In this document: piece after piece, positions 27,423 to 37,437 of the stretch
Layout of the letters: each line of letters opens with the position of its first letter
Numbering within the stretch: the stretch's first letter is position 1
Assembly: GCA_040751795.1 (NCBI GenBank)
Contig: JBFMHR010000002.1
Span: 1-64,000 of the forward strand
Direction: 5' to 3'
Origin: Thermoplasmatota archaeon
Lineage (GTDB): Archaea > Thermoplasmatota > Thermoplasmata > UBA10834
Length of the DNA: 64,000 nucleotides
The notes under the pieces: model-generated
What the model was told of the DNA's origin: nothing
The model's database searches: none
What the model saw: only the letters and a program-made list of their open reading frames with translations
Program-made: the position numbers and the translations under genes

Positions 27423-28015
27423 TGGCGATGAAGACAGTGTTGGTTTCGTATTCGCTGACCGGGAACAACGACGCTCTGGCTGCGGGCATCGCTGCAGAGC
27501 TTGCAGCGGAACACATCAGGATCACGGAGCCGCGGGCCCGGACCATGGGGATGATCGCGCTCGACAGGCTCTTCGGCCGGACGCCCAGGGTGAGCCCCGC
27601 TGTGGAGAGCATGGACGGCTGCGACCTTGTCCTCTTCGTCGGGCCGGTCTGGATGGGGCGTGTTGCTACGCCCCTTCGCGCCCACCTCAGACACCTCAGA
27701 CGGATGCCCGTGAGATACGCGTTCGTCTCGGTGTCTGGCGGAGCCGATGGCCCCAACCTCGGCCTCTCGGGGGACCTGAGCAAAAGGGCCGGGAGGGCAC
27801 CGGCAGCGGTCATCGACCTGCAAATCGTGGACCTGCTGCCCCCAAACCCGAAGCCGACCCGTAAGGAGACAGAGGACTACCGTTTGACGGAACAGGATGT
27901 GAGAAACATGACAGGAATCGTCACAAAGAGTCTGCGAGAGGCAGGGATTGTCGAGGAGGTCGGGGTGGAGAGGGCGCGCGGGGCGGAACACACGCATGGA
28001 AGGGGGTCCCCGTGA
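27422..28015 (+). CDS. Flavodoxin-like protein
   Basis: YSLTGNN phosphate loop; LFVGPVWMG. Confidence 0.75.
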   Translation: MAMKTVLVSYSLTGNNDALAAGIAAELAAEHIRITEPRARTMGMIALDRLFGRTPRVSPAVESMDGCDLVLFVGPVWMGRVATPLRAHLRHLRRMPVRYAFVSVSGGADGPNLGLSGDLSKRAGRAPAAVIDLQIVDLLPPNPKPTRKETEDYRLTEQDVRNMTGIVTKSLREAGIVEEVGVERARGAEHTHGRGSP

Positions 28016-28932
28016 TGGGCGTCAAGGCATCCATCAGAGAGCACTCGGTCCTAGCCTACTTCGCGCTGACGTTTGCCATATCATGGGGCGGCGTCTTCCT
28101 GTTGGGCTATCCCAGCGGGATGCCGGCCCCCAGCGAGGAGGCCGCGAGGCTGTGGCCGATCGTCTACCTGCCATATTTCGTTGGCCCCATCCTGTCCGGC
28201 CTACTGTTGACAGGACTGGTCCATGGAAGGGAGGGGTACTGCGCGCTTCGCGCCAGGCTCACGATGTGGCGGGTGGGCGTTCGCTGGTACGCGGTGGCGC
28301 TCCTGACGGCCCCGCTCCTGATCGTGTCCATACTGTGCGTGCTCTCGTTGACCTCCGAGGCGTATCTGCCGGCGATAGCGACCACGGCCGACAAGGTCAG
28401 CCTCGTGATATCCGGCATCATGATCGGGCTGGTGTTCGGGGGCTTGATGGAGGAACTGGGATGGACCGGGTTCGCCACGCCCGAGCTGAGGCGGCGGCAC
28501 AGCGTCCTCTCCACGGGCCTCATCGTGGGCGCCCTGTGGGGGCTGTGGCACTTCCTCCCGACGTTCTGGGCATGCGGGGACGCCGATGGGTCGCTTTCTC
28601 TCGATTTGCTGATCCCCCCGGTCGTCTTCTACGCGGCAGTGCTGCCTGCCTACAGGGTGCTCATGGTATGGGTCCACGATCGCACCGGGAGCCTGCTGGT
28701 GGCGATACTCATGCACGCTGGGCTCACCGCCAACACCATCACCATCATGGCGCCTTCGGAGGTGGTCTCGTCCCTGGTGACATACTACCTCGTATTGACC
28801 GCCGCCCTGTGCGCCATCATAGCGGTTGTCGCGGTGACGAGCCACTGGCAGCTCCTGGGGCGACCGGTTGCGGGGCGGCTGGATGCGGGCACGGTCCCAT
28901 CGGAGGCATCAGTGGAGTGCGGTCTACAATAG
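28012..28932 (+). CDS. CPBP family intramembrane glutamic endopeptidase
   Basis: EELGWTG, WGLWH, TGSLLVAILMH. Confidence 0.9.
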   Translation: MMGVKASIREHSVLAYFALTFAISWGGVFLLGYPSGMPAPSEEAARLWPIVYLPYFVGPILSGLLLTGLVHGREGYCALRARLTMWRVGVRWYAVALLTAPLLIVSILCVLSLTSEAYLPAIATTADKVSLVISGIMIGLVFGGLMEELGWTGFATPELRRRHSVLSTGLIVGALWGLWHFLPTFWACGDADGSLSLDLLIPPVVFYAAVLPAYRVLMVWVHDRTGSLLVAILMHAGLTANTITIMAPSEVVSSLVTYYLVLTAALCAIIAVVAVTSHWQLLGRPVAGRLDAGTVPSEASVECGLQ

Positions 28933-28946
28933 AAGACCCGATTACA

Positions 28947-28999
28947 GGGGCACGGTCCGGGATTCCGGAGAAAAGACACAAATCCCCGGACCGTGTTCC
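28947..28999. repeat. Inverted repeat / hairpin upstream of the Lrp-like regulator
   Basis: CACGGTCCGGGATT-N16-AATCCCCGGACCGTG (one-base bulge), extendable with G-U pairs. Confidence 0.7.
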
Positions 29000-29013
29000 C
29001 AAAACCGTTTCAC

Positions 29014-29949
29014 ATGGACGAGACGGACCTGCGCATCTGCGCCCTGTTGAACGCCAACTCGAGAACACCCTTCCGCGACATCGCAGACACGCTGGGCATG
29101 AGCGTCCAGGCCGTCCACAAGCGCGTCAAGGCGCTCACAGACACGGGGGTGTTGCGCGCTTTCACCGCCAACCTCTCCTTCAAGTTCCTGAACGCCATCC
29201 CCGCAGGGATCAGCGGCCGCACCAATGGGTCGTCCGTGGATGATGTGGCGAGAGGTCTGGGGAAGGACGACTCATCGGCGATCGTCCATGTGTCCGGCGA
29301 CTTCCTATCGGTGATGGTCGTGCTGCGCTCCATCGGGGACCTCGACCGCTATGTCGAGTTCATAAGGACGGAGGCCCAGATGGATGCCCCGTCCGTGTTC
29401 CTCCCGTCGGTGATGGGGTTCGCGAACCTCGAGAGGCAGAACCCCCCCAGGGAGGAGTTCGAACTCACCCAGCTGGATTACAGGATCATCCTCTCCCTCC
29501 ACAGGGACTCCCGGAAGGAGATAGTCGATGTCGCCAAGGAGGTCGGCCTGTCCGCCAAGACCGTGAAACGCAGGCTCACAAGGATGATTGGCGCAGGTGC
29601 CATAGACTTCGGCACGGAGTTCGACCTCGGGGCCCAGAACGGCGTCTCCTCCCTGATGGTGGTCGAAGTGAGGCCAGGCACTGACCGAGGGCGGTTCCTC
29701 GGACAGGTGAAGGACAGGTTCGGCCCACGGGTGATATTCATGGGCGCCTACGGCAACGTCCCAGGCGGGCTGTTCGTGTTCATCTGGTCGGCGACCATGA
29801 AGGAGTTCAGGGAGACGGAGGCGTTCTTCAGAGAGGACCCGGCGGTCGCGTCATTCAAGGGCCATCTCATCCAGAACAAGTACCAGTTCCGGACATGGCG
29901 GGAGAGCTTGCTGGAGGAGAAGGCGGCGGGGGCGCCCGGAAAGAGATGA
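29014..29949 (+). CDS. Tandem-duplicated Lrp/AsnC family transcription regulator
   Basis: Two HTH units: MDETDLRI...NSRTPFRDIA and LDYRII...DSRKEIVDVA. Confidence 0.88.
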   Translation: MDETDLRICALLNANSRTPFRDIADTLGMSVQAVHKRVKALTDTGVLRAFTANLSFKFLNAIPAGISGRTNGSSVDDVARGLGKDDSSAIVHVSGDFLSVMVVLRSIGDLDRYVEFIRTEAQMDAPSVFLPSVMGFANLERQNPPREEFELTQLDYRIILSLHRDSRKEIVDVAKEVGLSAKTVKRRLTRMIGAGAIDFGTEFDLGAQNGVSSLMVVEVRPGTDRGRFLGQVKDRFGPRVIFMGAYGNVPGGLFVFIWSATMKEFRETEAFFREDPAVASFKGHLIQNKYQFRTWRESLLEEKAAGAPGKR

Positions 29950-30018
29950 GGTGCTGGTCCAGGCCATCCCGCGGACGGCGTGGAGCCCCAAGAGATGGAA
30001 GGCTGCCCGGCCGGCTCA

Positions 30019-31254
30019 ATGGCAAGTATTCTATCCGTGGTCGCACTACTCGTTCTCATGGGTCAGGCCTCGCCCGCGCCAGCCGGGAAGATAGCCCCTC
30101 TCTCATCGAGGCTGGGCTCTGACCGGGGGATCCTCTGGCTCTTCGCTGTGCTGGCAGGGATCTCGATCATCGCCTCGGCCGTGCTCAGCCTGTCCGCCGA
30201 CGGGATGGACCTCTACGGCTTCGCGTCCTCGGCGCTCGGCGGACTTAGCGCTTCGTTCACGATAGTGGGTGTGCCTGCCTACTTCCGGCACAGGGGGAGG
30301 AGCTTGACGCCCCATAGGACCGTCCTCAAGTGGGTGATGGCCATCTCCGCGATCATCGCGGTGACGCTGATCGTCTTCATCGCCCTAGCCGCGGCCTACG
30401 CCCCTGAACTCGTCATGTTCGATGGGGACTCCTCGCAAGCGCTCCTCTTTGGCATGGTGCTCGTGGTCATCGCCCTCTTCATCGTCAGCTTCATCATGTG
30501 CATCGTATCGTTGCTCCTCGCGTTCGGAATCGTCGGGGTGCTATCGGCCCTGGAGCGGAGATACGCCGCCAGGGCGCTGAGGCAGATCTCCCGCCTCAGC
30601 TCGTCCAAGGGATTCTCCATGGCCGACCGCGCGGTCAAGTGGCTGTTCAACATCCCCGACGTCCTCGACACCAAGACGCTCAGCATCTGCCCGCAGGGGC
30701 CCCGGAGGCGGGTAGCCCTCTCGGACCTCAAGGCCCCGGTGATGTGGCAGCTGGTCTTCGGGTTCGTCCTCGGTATCTACATCAGCTTCAACCCGTTCTT
30801 CTCGGACAGGTCCCCGGAAGCCCTCCTGAGGCTGTTCTCCCTTCTCACCTCCGCTTCCATCCTGATCCCGCTGATCATCCTGCCCTGGTTCCTGTTCAGG
30901 CGGCTTGGAGCGGGGATAAGCGGCCAGACGAGGCCGTTCACCCTCTTCGACGGCATAAGGTCCAGGATGTTCCAGAGCTACTTCGCCATCGGGACGATCG
31001 TGATACTCGTCAGGCTGTCCATCCAGGAGATAGCCGTGGCGCTGGAGCACTTCGTGTTCGCGTTCGCCGCTTTCATGGCCACGCTGCTCATATCAGCGAC
31101 GGTGGTCACGTACGTGTACCTCAACTACTTCGAGAACGAGCTCACGGAGGACATAGTCGAGGGGCTGAGGGGGACCGAGGTCAGGGTCATCGGTCCGGGC
31201 GAGATGGAGGAGCCCGCTCCGTCTCCGACGCCTGGTGCAGGGTCGACTCAGTGA
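30019..31254 (+). CDS. Polytopic membrane protein, unknown function
   Basis: About 9 hydrophobic segments; no recognised motif. Confidence 0.7.
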   Translation: MASILSVVALLVLMGQASPAPAGKIAPLSSRLGSDRGILWLFAVLAGISIIASAVLSLSADGMDLYGFASSALGGLSASFTIVGVPAYFRHRGRSLTPHRTVLKWVMAISAIIAVTLIVFIALAAAYAPELVMFDGDSSQALLFGMVLVVIALFIVSFIMCIVSLLLAFGIVGVLSALERRYAARALRQISRLSSSKGFSMADRAVKWLFNIPDVLDTKTLSICPQGPRRRVALSDLKAPVMWQLVFGFVLGIYISFNPFFSDRSPEALLRLFSLLTSASILIPLIILPWFLFRRLGAGISGQTRPFTLFDGIRSRMFQSYFAIGTIVILVRLSIQEIAVALEHFVFAFAAFMATLLISATVVTYVYLNYFENELTEDIVEGLRGTEVRVIGPGEMEEPAPSPTPGAGSTQ

Positions 31255-31358
31255 CCTGGACTCATCAGGAGCCTCCGCACTGGGGACCTTGGCATTGATT
31301 CGCGAATGGTGGAAACGAGCATGGTTCCTGTTGGGAAAAGGCCTTAGGTGAGGAGATT

Positions 31359-32189
31359 ATGTCCCGCCAGAGGAAGATGCAGATGACGGGCTCCGGGAAG
31401 GGCGTGGCATCGTCGGAGGCGACCAGGATCGCGAGGAAACTGGGCACGGTCTCCGGAGGCAGGGTTCTGGACGTCGCCACCGGGGAAGGGGGCTTCATCG
31501 ACATCCTCATGAAGACCCTCAAGGGCTACGACTCTTTCGTCGGGATCGACTACTACCCGTCCGACCCGTCAAAGGGCAGCATCGAGGACGCCAGGAGGGT
31601 GTACGTGGGCAAGCCCGTCCGGTTCCTCAAGATGAACGCCGAGCACATCGGGTTCGACGACGGGTCCTTCGACACCGTCTGCATATCCAACTCCCTGCAC
31701 CACCTCGACAATGTGGACAGGGTCCTGTCAGAGATGAAGCGCGTCGTCAGGCCCGGAGGTAACTTCATCCTCCAGGAGGCCTACTGCGACGGGGACCAGA
31801 CGGAGGCGCAGAAGGCCGAGGAGTTGGAGCACGAGTGGGGGGCCAGGATCGACAACCTGCTCGGGATAACCCACAACAAGACCTTCGCCAGGCAGAGGAT
31901 CATCGACATTGTCGATTCCCTTCAGCTCCGGGAGAAGGAGGTCTTCGACTCCTCTCACTCGGTGGACTGCCTGTTCTGCCCGAAGAGGCGCGAGTGCGGG
32001 GACCCGAAGCGGCAGGCGGAGCTCCACGATTCGCTCGGGGACGTGGACGCGGAGCTCGAGAGGATCGCACACCACCCAGACCTCGACTCGCGCCGTCGCC
32101 TGACCGAGGAGGGGCGCCGCGTGAAGGCGGCGATTGCCAAGCACGGCATAGCCTCGTCCTCGTACATCTTCGTGGTAGGCAGGAAGTAG
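31359..32189 (+). CDS. Class I SAM-dependent methyltransferase
   Basis: VLDVATGEG, FDTV, EMKRVVRPGG; GGTGAGGAG SD. Confidence 0.9.
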   Translation: MSRQRKMQMTGSGKGVASSEATRIARKLGTVSGGRVLDVATGEGGFIDILMKTLKGYDSFVGIDYYPSDPSKGSIEDARRVYVGKPVRFLKMNAEHIGFDDGSFDTVCISNSLHHLDNVDRVLSEMKRVVRPGGNFILQEAYCDGDQTEAQKAEELEHEWGARIDNLLGITHNKTFARQRIIDIVDSLQLREKEVFDSSHSVDCLFCPKRRECGDPKRQAELHDSLGDVDAELERIAHHPDLDSRRRLTEEGRRVKAAIAKHGIASSSYIFVVGRK

Positions 32190-32249
32190 CCTGGGGGCTC
32201 GAACGGCTCTGCAGGGACCGTAGTCCCCTCACCGCCACGGCAGGCCTGC

Positions 32250-33563
32250 CTAGACAGGCGGGTTCCCGTACTGCTTCACGGTGTAGAAGTACTCCTTGAG
32301 CACCTCGTCCCAGCCGGAGTCCTCGACGAAGTCCAGGCCGACCTTGTCGTAGTCCCTGTCGAACAGGTCCCAGTTGACCTCGAACGCCCCTATAGACGGG
32401 CAGACGAAGACCGAGAGCCCGGTCGGGACGCCCTTCATCCTCCAGCTGGCCCAGTTGTGGATTATTGCAGCGTCCGCGGCGGCGACGAGCCCCGCGCATG
32501 CGCTCGCGACCTCGGGGTAGTCCTCCGCGGTGGTCTCGCTGAGCAGAGTGAACATCGTGATTATGTCCGGGTACGTCCAGACCCCCATGTTGTTGAGCCA
32601 TATCGATGGGTCGGACTGCATCGCGGCCGTCTTCAGGATGTATCCAAGGGAGTTGTCCTTGGGGATGACCGCGTCCCTGAACGCCGAGAACACGCCGGCC
32701 ATGCCGCTGATGGCATCCAGGTCTATGACCGAGAGCGAGGCGAAGTCCTGCATGTACGGGTAGAGCGTCGGGTAGGTCCCGAGCGGCGCGGAGTACCAGT
32801 CCTCGTAGTCGTCGACGAGCTTGCAGGCGAGGTCCAGCGGCTCTATGGTGGGGTCCTCGGACAGCCCGGTGAGCAGGGCAGCGTAGTTCATCCCGTCGAA
32901 CGGGACGCCCAGCTCCGAGGCGACCAGGTACGGCGCGACCCCCCTGAGCTCGTACGCGATCTCGACCGTGCCCAGAGTGCACGCGTCGAGCGCCACGATG
33001 TCTATCTCGCCACCGGACGACTCGAGGCCGGCGCGTATGCCAGCGCCCAGGCCGTCTATCGACATCCACGCCTCGAGGGCCTCCGTGTCCGGCAGGCCCT
33101 CGTCGCAGCACAGGCCCAGGTACCCGTTCCCGTGGTCCTGGACCATGAGCATGAAGTTCTCGGACGCGAGGGACGGCTCCGTGAGAGCGTAGTCCACGAA
33201 CATCGCGAGCGTCTCGGGCGACGAGGAATTCGCCTCCCCGAGGTTCACCGTCTCGACCCACCCGTCCTCGGTGAGGATGCTGATGTTCGAGTCCACTTCC
33301 GCCCTGTCCAGGAAGACGCAGAGCCCGACGTCCTCGGTGTTGGTCAGGCTCTCCTTCCAGAGGTTCACGAAGTAGTCCGTGTACTCGTCGAGGTTGTTGT
33401 CGCTCGCCCAGAACATAGCGATCGTCCAGTCGCGCACCCCGTCGTCCTCGGATGACGGGACCTCATCGTCTTCCTCGATCGCGATCGTCATGCTGACGGT
33501 CGATGTGACCGTAACCGCAATCATAGCCACTGCCACGAGGGCGCAAAGGAGCGCCCTCCTCAT
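32250..33563 (-). CDS. Secreted clostripain-family (C11) cysteine peptidase
   Basis: Signal peptide; WT...DNNL, DHGNG (His), LDACTLG (Cys), YLVASE, SLSVIDL. Confidence 0.88.
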   Translation of the reverse strand: MRRALLCALVAVAMIAVTVTSTVSMTIAIEEDDEVPSSEDDGVRDWTIAMFWASDNNLDEYTDYFVNLWKESLTNTEDVGLCVFLDRAEVDSNISILTEDGWVETVNLGEANSSSPETLAMFVDYALTEPSLASENFMLMVQDHGNGYLGLCCDEGLPDTEALEAWMSIDGLGAGIRAGLESSGGEIDIVALDACTLGTVEIAYELRGVAPYLVASELGVPFDGMNYAALLTGLSEDPTIEPLDLACKLVDDYEDWYSAPLGTYPTLYPYMQDFASLSVIDLDAISGMAGVFSAFRDAVIPKDNSLGYILKTAAMQSDPSIWLNNMGVWTYPDIITMFTLLSETTAEDYPEVASACAGLVAAADAAIIHNWASWRMKGVPTGLSVFVCPSIGAFEVNWDLFDRDYDKVGLDFVEDSGWDEVLKEYFYTVKQYGNPPV

Positions 33564-33708
33564 GTCTTCGAACGCCAAGACCCGTTCCCCCCATGAGCGC
33601 GGCTGCGCTTCCATCGCTCGCGTTCGGGAACGACCGCGGGGTAGTTAATCCTGTTGAGAGTCAGTATGCGGCCGATGCCCATTTCTGTACACGGCAGCGG
33701 AGGCGGGC

Positions 33709-34155
33709 CTAGAGCGTTTTGACCACGATTGCGGGGAAGCAGTCCTTCCGGAACTGCGGGCAGTCCTGGCAGGTGTCCAGGTTCTTCGGCCCGCGCTCCC
33801 CGTCCCCGAGGACCCTGTACCCTATCCTCTGGTAGAACCCGGGGGCCCTCGCCTTCGCCCAGAGCTCCCTCATGCCCCTCGCCCTGGCCTCGTCCTCGAT
33901 CCTGGCGACGAGCATCGCCCCTATGCCGCGGTTCCTGAAGCTGGCATCGACGGCCACATACTCGAGGAACCGCCCGCCCTCCAGGGACTGCATGGTCGCG
34001 CAGCCGACGAGCCTCTCCCCGGCGTACGCCCCGTATGCAACGACGATCCCATCGAGCGGACCCTCCTGCATGTCCAGCCCAGCCTGGGCGCACAGCTTCC
34101 CCACGGCGTCGAGGTCGGCCGTGACCCTGATGACCAGCTCGTCTTCCCCGGACAT
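33709..34155 (-). CDS. GNAT family N-acetyltransferase
   Basis: VAVDASFRNRGIG acetyl-CoA motif; FYQRIGY; CQDCPQFRKDC tail. Confidence 0.85.
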   Translation of the reverse strand: MSGEDELVIRVTADLDAVGKLCAQAGLDMQEGPLDGIVVAYGAYAGERLVGCATMQSLEGGRFLEYVAVDASFRNRGIGAMLVARIEDEARARGMRELWAKARAPGFYQRIGYRVLGDGERGPKNLDTCQDCPQFRKDCFPAIVVKTL

Positions 34156-34250
34156 GTTCCCGGCCGCGAATGGCACCCCCTGGATAAGGAGCTGTCGATG
34201 GGACCCGCCGAAGGATTTTATCGTGTGGTCTGCCATGCCCCCCTGTTCCC

Positions 34251-34535
34251 ATGGGCGCGCGGAGGACCAAGAGCGGGCCGTTCGACGGCAAGTTGACGAG
34301 GTTCTGCACCAGCCTGATGCTCCCGGTCGACGGCGCGAGGACGGGGGAGTGCAAGGGCTGCGGCGCGTGCTGCGAGTTCCTGGTGAGGTGCCCCTTCCTG
34401 AGGCGCGACGCCTCCGGTGCCTCGAGGTGCCGCATCTACGCGGTCCGGCCCCTGCAGTGCAGGAAGTACCCGAGGACGGCCGAGGAGCAGGTCCACCAGC
34501 CGTGCGGGTACACGTTCTCGAAGGACCCGGAGTGA
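34251..34535 (+). CDS. YkgJ-like Cys-cluster (CxxCxxCC) protein
   Basis: CKGCGACC...CPFL...CRIYAVRPLQCRKYP. Confidence 0.8.
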   Translation: MGARRTKSGPFDGKLTRFCTSLMLPVDGARTGECKGCGACCEFLVRCPFLRRDASGASRCRIYAVRPLQCRKYPRTAEEQVHQPCGYTFSKDPE

Positions 34536-34574
34536 GGCCTGTCCGGGCGTCCCAGCGGCCGACGGCTGGACATC

Positions 34575-35852
34575 CTATCTGGACTTCAGCCTCGGGAGGA
34601 ACCTCGCGAGCCCGGCCCCCTTCACGCTCCCGGTCAGCAGCCGGTCCGTGTTGAATATCCAGACCGATATGGCGACCATCGCGGCCGCGAAGGCGGCGAC
34701 ATAGGCGATCCCGCCGATGACCATGGCGTAGTTGCCGAACATCAGCTCCTTCATGGCCATCATCGGGTGCGAGAACGGTATCGCGAACAGCAGCACCTGC
34801 AGCACCGTGGGGAGAGTCGAGAAGTCCTTGAACATCGTGAGGAACATCGGGATGATCGCCAGCAGCGATATCGGCATCGTGAGGGTCTGCGCCGACTTGT
34901 AGTTCTTGGCGTAGGTGCCCAGGACCATGCACATCGAGAGCGCCGCGACCAGGCTCACGAACACGGACGCCCCGACGAGGACGTAGTCGGCCGGCCCGAG
35001 GTCGAGGCCGTACTCGGCCAGGTCGACCTCGGCGGACATCTCGAGGGAGGTCATGTAGTAGTTGAAGCCGACCATGTATATGCCGGCCATCACCAGCCCG
35101 ACCAGCGCGCTCGCGAGGAGCTTCCCGGAGACGATGGAGCTCCTGCTCACGGGCAGGGTGAGGAGGGTCTCGAGGGTCTTGTTCTCCTTCTCCAGGCCCA
35201 TCGACGATATCACCATCCCGCCGGCCATTATGATGATCATCATGATGATGAACGGGACAGCGAACGACTGGGAAGAGAGTATCGAGACGAGCAGGTCCGG
35301 GGAGACCCCTTTCATCTCCATGTCATGGAAGATGGTCGTCTCGGAGCGCTCCAGGGGGGAGAGGACCACGGCGGGGGCGGTGTCGCTCGACTCGTCGACG
35401 AGGTACGCCGAGATGCTGTACGAGACCGAGTTCAGGAGGATCTCGACCGCGGTGGACGATATCGAGTCCAGCATGCCTGCCCCCTTCATCAGCCAGTACA
35501 CCTCGACGTGGCCCCTCGCGCCCGCCAGGATGTCGGAGGTGAAGTTGGACGGGAGGTAGATCAGCGCGGCTCCTCCGGCGCCGTCCACGGCCTCCAGGCC
35601 GGCGTTGAGGTCCGTCCCGTCGTACACAATCACCGCGCTCTCGTTGAGCGTCCCGAAGGCGATGTCGGACATCAGCCCGTCGTCCATGTCGACGAGGCCG
35701 ATCACGGGCGGTGCGGTGACCTCCTCCTCGATGCCCCCCATCATGGAGCCGAGGTAGCCGAACATGAGGGCCATCAGTATGACCGGTATGATGGTGCTCT
35801 TGGTCAGCAGCTCCTTGAACTCCTTCCTCACGATGTTCGTGAGGCTGCTCAT
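34575..35852 (-). CDS. ABC-2 exporter permease (NatB-like)
   Basis: KEFKELL, EKENKTLETLLTLPV, GKL. Confidence 0.9.
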   Translation of the reverse strand: MSSLTNIVRKEFKELLTKSTIIPVILMALMFGYLGSMMGGIEEEVTAPPVIGLVDMDDGLMSDIAFGTLNESAVIVYDGTDLNAGLEAVDGAGGAALIYLPSNFTSDILAGARGHVEVYWLMKGAGMLDSISSTAVEILLNSVSYSISAYLVDESSDTAPAVVLSPLERSETTIFHDMEMKGVSPDLLVSILSSQSFAVPFIIMMIIIMAGGMVISSMGLEKENKTLETLLTLPVSRSSIVSGKLLASALVGLVMAGIYMVGFNYYMTSLEMSAEVDLAEYGLDLGPADYVLVGASVFVSLVAALSMCMVLGTYAKNYKSAQTLTMPISLLAIIPMFLTMFKDFSTLPTVLQVLLFAIPFSHPMMAMKELMFGNYAMVIGGIAYVAAFAAAMVAISVWIFNTDRLLTGSVKGAGLARFLPRLKSR

Positions 35853-36568
35853 GCGGTCACCACCCTGGTGAAGACCTCCTCGATGTTGGAGGCGCCGTGC
35901 TTGGACTTGAGCTCCGAGGGGGTCCCGAGCTCGACGATCATGCCGTCGTTGATGAGCGCGATCCGGTCGCACATGAGCTCGACCTCCAGCATGTTGTGCG
36001 AGGAGAGGAGGACGGTCGTCCCCTTCTCAGAGATGTCCTTCACGGTCCTGCGGATCTCCTGCGCGTTTATCACGTCGAGGCCGGACGTGAGCTCGTCGAG
36101 TATCGTGAGCTTCGGGTCCGTCATGAGCGCCCTGCTCACGAGGAGCCTCCTGGTCATGCCCTTGCTGTAGGTGTCGACCCGGTCGTCGATCCTGTCCTCG
36201 AGCGACGCCATCGCCACGCCTTTGCGGACCATATCGTCCGCGGCCTTCCCGCTCGAGAAGAACCGGGCAATGAATTCGAGGTACTCCCTCCCCGTGAGGT
36301 TCTTGTACGCGCCAGCATCCTCTGGCAGGTAGCTGAGGATCTTCCTGACCTCGTGCGGCTCCTTCCTGAGGTCCTTCCCGAAGATGTGCACGGAGCCGGA
36401 GGAGATGCGGAGGAGGGTCGCAAGCACCCTGAGGGTGGTGGTCTTGCCCGCCCCGTTGGGTCCTATGAGCCCGAATACCTCGCCCTCGCGAACCTCGAAA
36501 GAGATGCCCTTGACAGCCCTGAACGGGCCGTAGTCCTTGACCAGGTCCCTGACCTCGATGGCGTTCAT
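35849..36568 (-). CDS. ABC exporter ATP-binding subunit
   Basis: GPNGAGKTT, YSKGM, ILDELTSGLD, SSH. Confidence 0.93.
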   Translation of the reverse strand: MNAIEVRDLVKDYGPFRAVKGISFEVREGEVFGLIGPNGAGKTTTLRVLATLLRISSGSVHIFGKDLRKEPHEVRKILSYLPEDAGAYKNLTGREYLEFIARFFSSGKAADDMVRKGVAMASLEDRIDDRVDTYSKGMTRRLLVSRALMTDPKLTILDELTSGLDVINAQEIRRTVKDISEKGTTVLLSSHNMLEVELMCDRIALINDGMIVELGTPSELKSKHGASNIEEVFTRVVTA

Positions 36569-36669
36569 GGTCGACACCAGGTTGCGGACGCCCTGCGTCC
36601 GGCACAAAGATGGGCCATCCGTACTTAGCGTTGTCGGAGGCAGTCTCCGGGCGCACGATACTTTCAGAA

Positions 36670-36705
36670 TCTATTGTATTATATAATTGATGTCAAAATT
36701 AATCT
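36670..36705 (-). promoter_or_regulatory. AT-rich promoter of the ABC exporter with TTGA-N2-TCAA palindrome
   Basis: TTATATAA box adjacent to TTGATGTCAA (36687-36696) in a GC-rich background. Confidence 0.5.
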
Positions 36706-36725
36706 TGCCGGCCGGCCCAGGGGAG

Positions 36726-37283
36726 CTACTGCCGGCCTTGAGGCTCCGGCGCGGCCCCTGGCTGCTTCGGCCTCCTGGTCTTCCTCAGGAAGCCGTACAT
36801 GGATGCGCACATCGCCGACGCCGACGCGGCGAAGACCGTCCAGAAGAGGACCGGTTCCTGCATGAGCTGGTCGATCATGCCGAGTTCCGGGACGCCCTCG
36901 TATGGCTCCTGCCACTTGGGGGGCAGCATCATGTGGGCAGGGTCTTCGAGCATGAGTATCGCGAGCGTCAACGTGGCGACCAGGCCCAGCATGAGGACGG
37001 ACGAGGTCAGGAGGATCACCACCTTCGTGTTCTCCCCCGGCGAGAGGAGGTCCCTGGACTTCCAAGAGAGGCCGTAGTAGACGAACCCGTGCTCCTCGTA
37101 CCTCTTGACGAAACCACCCTCCTCCAGCGTCTTGAGGTGGCGGTGCACCGCGGCCTTGTCGATGCCCAACGTCTCGGCTAGCTGGGTGACGGTCCTGCGC
37201 ATCGGCTGCATGGACTTGAGGATCTCGAGCCGGGAGTCGGAGGCGAGTGCGAACAGCGCCTTCTTGTCGAGCTCGACCCTCAT
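36726..37283 (-). CDS. ArsR-type winged-helix regulator with two C-terminal TM helices
   Basis: ALASDSRLEIL...TVTQLAE...VHRHLKTLEEGGFV, then two hydrophobic segments. Confidence 0.85.
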   Translation of the reverse strand: MRVELDKKALFALASDSRLEILKSMQPMRRTVTQLAETLGIDKAAVHRHLKTLEEGGFVKRYEEHGFVYYGLSWKSRDLLSPGENTKVVILLTSSVLMLGLVATLTLAILMLEDPAHMMLPPKWQEPYEGVPELGMIDQLMQEPVLFWTVFAASASAMCASMYGFLRKTRRPKQPGAAPEPQGRQ

Positions 37284-37437
37284 CCTGGGTTCCCCGAACC
37301 TGATGAAGTGCCTAGCGGCCATTTAACCCCTCCTGCCCGGCGTCGCCCGCCTCGGAACCGAGCCGGAGCTGCGCCATTACCATCCAGACCACCCTACAAT
37401 AAGCCGCCGGCCCCGTTGACCGCGGAGTCAACGGCCC

